Assembly (NCBI GenBank): GCA_010093605.1
Contig: MU004183.1
Span: 2,170,001-2,234,000, forward strand
Source of the DNA: Lophium mytilinum
Taxonomy: Eukaryota
Length of the DNA stretch: 64,000 nt
Reading direction: 5' to 3'
Numbering within the stretch: the first letter of the stretch is position 1; each line of letters begins with the position of its first letter. Under the pieces are notes generated by a model. That model did not search any database and was not told the origin of the DNA. It worked only from the letters and a program-made list of their open reading frames with translations. Shown piece by piece: positions 60,850 to 64,000 of the stretch. Both the position numbers and the translations under genes were made by a program.

Positions 60850-63800
60850 ATGCAAGCAACATGGCTCAGGCCAGGCTTCTCTGCCAGCCGGTTGGCCGTT
60901 CGTGCTCGACAGTCTTCGTCTCGACCAGCGTTCGCCCTCCGAAACTGTAACAAGAGCCAGACCTTCCAGTCCCTGAGGACGCTGAGTGGTCCTGCAAGAA
61001 GAACATTCTACTCCAGTGCTACAGATGAGCCTCTTGATGGCAAAGCAGTCACCGCGTCCTCCGATCCCTTCCAACATCTGGATACATTTGCCCGCCGCCA
61101 CATTGGCCCTACAGCTACTTCTGCCACCGAGATGCTCAAAACCTTGGACCCCCCTGCCGCGACACTCGACGAATTCGTCAAGCAGGTCATACCGCCGGAC
61201 GTCCTCTCTTCTCGAGATATAAAAATGTCATGGCAAATGAACGAGAAGTTCCCTGTGCGCGACCAGGCCGGACCTATCTCTGAAGCACAGCTGCTTAAAC
61301 ACCTGAAAAGCATTGCAAAACAAAACCAGGTCTTCCAAAACTTTATTGGCTGTGGATATGCGGGCACGAAAACACCAGAGGTGATAAAACGGAACGTCTT
61401 GGAAGGACCTGGCTGGTATACGAGCTACACGCCGTATCAGCCTGAAATCAGTCAGGGCCGGCTAGAGTCTCTGCTGAATTTCCAGACGATGGTGACCGAT
61501 TTGACCGCTCTCCCGATTGCAAATGCATCAGTCTTGGATGAATCCACTGCTGCAGCGGAGGCCATGACACTGTCCCTCAGCAGTCTTCCCGTTTCGAGAC
61601 AGAAACGGCCCAACAAAACTTTCTTCGTATCCCATCTATGTCACCCTCAAACGATCGCGGTGCTAGCGTCCAGAGCCGAGGGCTTCGGAATCAAAATCGA
61701 AGTGGGAGATGTCCTTCAGAACGGTAGCGAACAGATTGAAAACCTCGGCGATGACCTTGTTGGAGTGCTCGTTCAATACCCGAATACCGATGGTGGCGTA
61801 GACGACTTTAGGGCCCTTGCGGATGTTGTTCACAAGCAAGGAGCTACGTTCAGCGTTGGGGCGGATCTGCTCGCCTTGACAGTGCTGACGCCGCCTGGAG
61901 AATTTGGTGCAGACGTGGTTTTTGGAAACGCTCAGCGTTTTGGTGTGCCTCTTGGTTACGGTGGTCCTCATGCTGCGTTCTTCGCTTGCACTGACAAATA
62001 CAAGCGGAAAATACCCGGACGACTTATCGGACTCTCAAAGGATCGACTCGGCGACAAGGCCGCTAGACTTGCGTTGCAGACGAGAGAGCAGCACATTCGC
62101 AGAGAAAAGGCCACAAGCAACATCTGCACAGCTCAGGCGTTGCTTGCCAACATTAACGCCTTCTACGCTGTCTATCACGGCCCTCAGGGTTTGAAAGAGA
62201 TTGCCGAGAACGTCAACGCTATGGCGAGGTCTCTTCAAAACAGCCTTAAAATGCTTGGATATTCTACCGGTCAAAGGGGAAAGCTGGACAACGCGCCAGT
62301 ACTATTCGACACGATTGTAATAGGTACCGGCGATAAAACGCGATCCATCTTGGACACAGCGGGTAAGAAGCCATATTGGATCAACATGCGGGAAGTCGAC
62401 GCAGATCATATTGGAATTAGTGTCGACGAAGTGACCTCAAAAAAAGTAGTCAAGCAGATTGTCGACATTTTCTGGGCACATAGTGCTAATAAGGAGGAGC
62501 TTCTCGAAGACGCCAAGAGTCAGCTCACACTCCCTCCACCATTTGAGCTGCCGCCTCTTTTCAAGCGCACGTCGCCATATCTTACCCATCCGGTGTTCAA
62601 CTCGTACCATTCAGAGACCGAGCTTCTGCGATACATTCACCATCTTCAGTCCAAGGACCTTTCTCTAACGCATTCTATGATCCCTCTGGGTTCCTGCACG
62701 ATGAAGCTTAACGCGACCACAGAAATGGTACCAATATCCTGGCCAGAATTCTCATCAATCCATCCTTTCGCTCCCACATCCCAAACCAAGGGGTACCAAA
62801 TCTTGATCCGGTTATTGGAGAAGGACTTGGCTGAAATTACTGGATTTGATGCTGTATCCCTTCAACCGAATTCTGGTGCCCAAGGAGAGTTCACTGGCCT
62901 ACGAGTAATTCGGAAATACCTAGAGCAACAGCCGGGCAAAAAGCGTGATATCTGCTTGATTCCCGTATCTGCACATGGGACTAACCCAGCCAGCGCCGCG
63001 ATGGCGGGCATGCGCGTTGTACCAATCAAGTGCGATACTGGAACAGGTAATCTCGATATTGCGGATCTCAAAGCCAAGTGCGAGAAGCATAGCGAGGAAC
63101 TGGGGGCTATCATGATTACCTACCCAAGTACCTTTGGTGTATTTGAGCCGAAAGTTAAGGAGGCTTGCGAACTTGTCCATCAGCATGGTGGGCAGGTTTA
63201 CATGGATGGAGCCAACATGAATGCACAGATTGGGCTTTGCTCTCCAGGAGAAATTGGAGCCGACGTCTGCCATCTCAACCTTCACAAGACTTTCTGCATT
63301 CCTCACGGCGGTGGAGGACCTGGTGTTGGGCCCATTGGCGTCAAGAACCATCTTGCGCCCTTCTTACCGGGCCACCCACTCATTAAGACTGGAGGCGATC
63401 AGGCTATTGCCCCCGTCAGCGGTGCTCCCTGGGGCAGCGCGAGCATCCTGCCAATCAGCTTTGCGTATATCAAGATGATGGGCGGTGTTGGCCTCACACA
63501 TGCAACCAAGATCACCCTTCTGAACGCCAACTACATTCTTTCACGTCTAAAGCCGTACTACCCTATCCTTTACACCAATGAGAACGGCCGTTGCGCCCAC
63601 GAGTTCATCCTTGATGTCCGAAAATTCAAGGAGTCAGCAGGGATTGAGGCAATTGATATCGCCAAGCGTCTTCAGGACTACGGCTTCCACGCTCCGACAA
63701 TGTCGTGGCCTGTCGCCAACACACTCATGATTGAGCCGACAGAATCGGAGGGCAAGGATGAGCTGGATCGCTTTTGTGATGCGCTGATCTCTATCCGCAA

Positions 63801-63988
63801 GGAGATTGAAGCGGTCGAGAAGGGCGAGCAGCCGAGAGAAGGCAACATGTTGAAGATGTCTCCACATTCACAGAAGGACTTGATCGTTGGTGAATGGGAC
63901 CGAAGCTACACTAGGGAAATGGCCGCGTACCCGTTGCCGTATCTCAAGGAGAAGAAGTTCTGGCCGTCGGTCACGAGGTTGGATGATG
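60850..63988 (+). CDS. GCV2: Glycine dehydrogenase (glycine cleavage P protein); truncated by the window end
   Basis: Mitochondrial presequence, FARRHIGP, WYTSYTPYQPEISQGRLESLLNFQ, QHIRREKATSNICTAQ, MIPLGSCTMKLN and PLP-lysine motif HLNLHKTF. The exon ends at a GTAAGT donor at 63989. Absent from the ORF track because it has no stop in the window. Confidence 0.97.
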
Positions 63989-64000
63989 GTAAGTCCTCCC

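Noticed and set aside
1..64000. tRNA, rRNA, snRNA/snoRNA genes, CRISPR arrays, autonomous transposons, secondary-metabolite backbone genes
   Set aside because: None recognised by eye. A covariance-model search (tRNAscan-SE, Infernal/Rfam) would be needed to exclude small ncRNAs.

Overview
Eukaryotic genomic DNA from a filamentous ascomycete (short GT-AG introns with CTAAC branch points, RIP-like patches; Dothideomycete affinity is only my impression). It is gene-dense, with about 27 mostly spliced genes: OTU1, an RSC1/2-type bromo-BAH protein, RSA3, SKI3, RPL10, a cytochrome b5/acyl-CoA dehydrogenase, a UBL-AN1 zinc finger, two MFS transporters, SEC14, an amidoligase-like protein, a GPI cell-wall protein, an FAD oxidase, a BTB protein, CCR4, a methyltransferase, a LYR protein, a thioesterase, acrB and GCV2 (runs off the end). 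The most striking feature is that SKI3 is split into two intact, divergently transcribed genes. The N-terminal 281 aa lie on the minus strand (8225-7274) and the remaining ~1140 aa on the plus strand (~8534/8566-12090), with the break exactly where the two halves would join. An accessory block at ~23.5-27.5 kb holds two orphan beta-helix-like paralogs, a permuted, intron-less, RIP-mutated copy of the acyl-CoA dehydrogenase, and a zinc-knuckle micro-gene. A family of short inverted-repeat elements is dispersed through the window, and a tiny spliced secreted-peptide gene at the start is missed by the ORF track. All gene names come from recognising motifs by eye, not from database searches, and exon boundaries are manual predictions.
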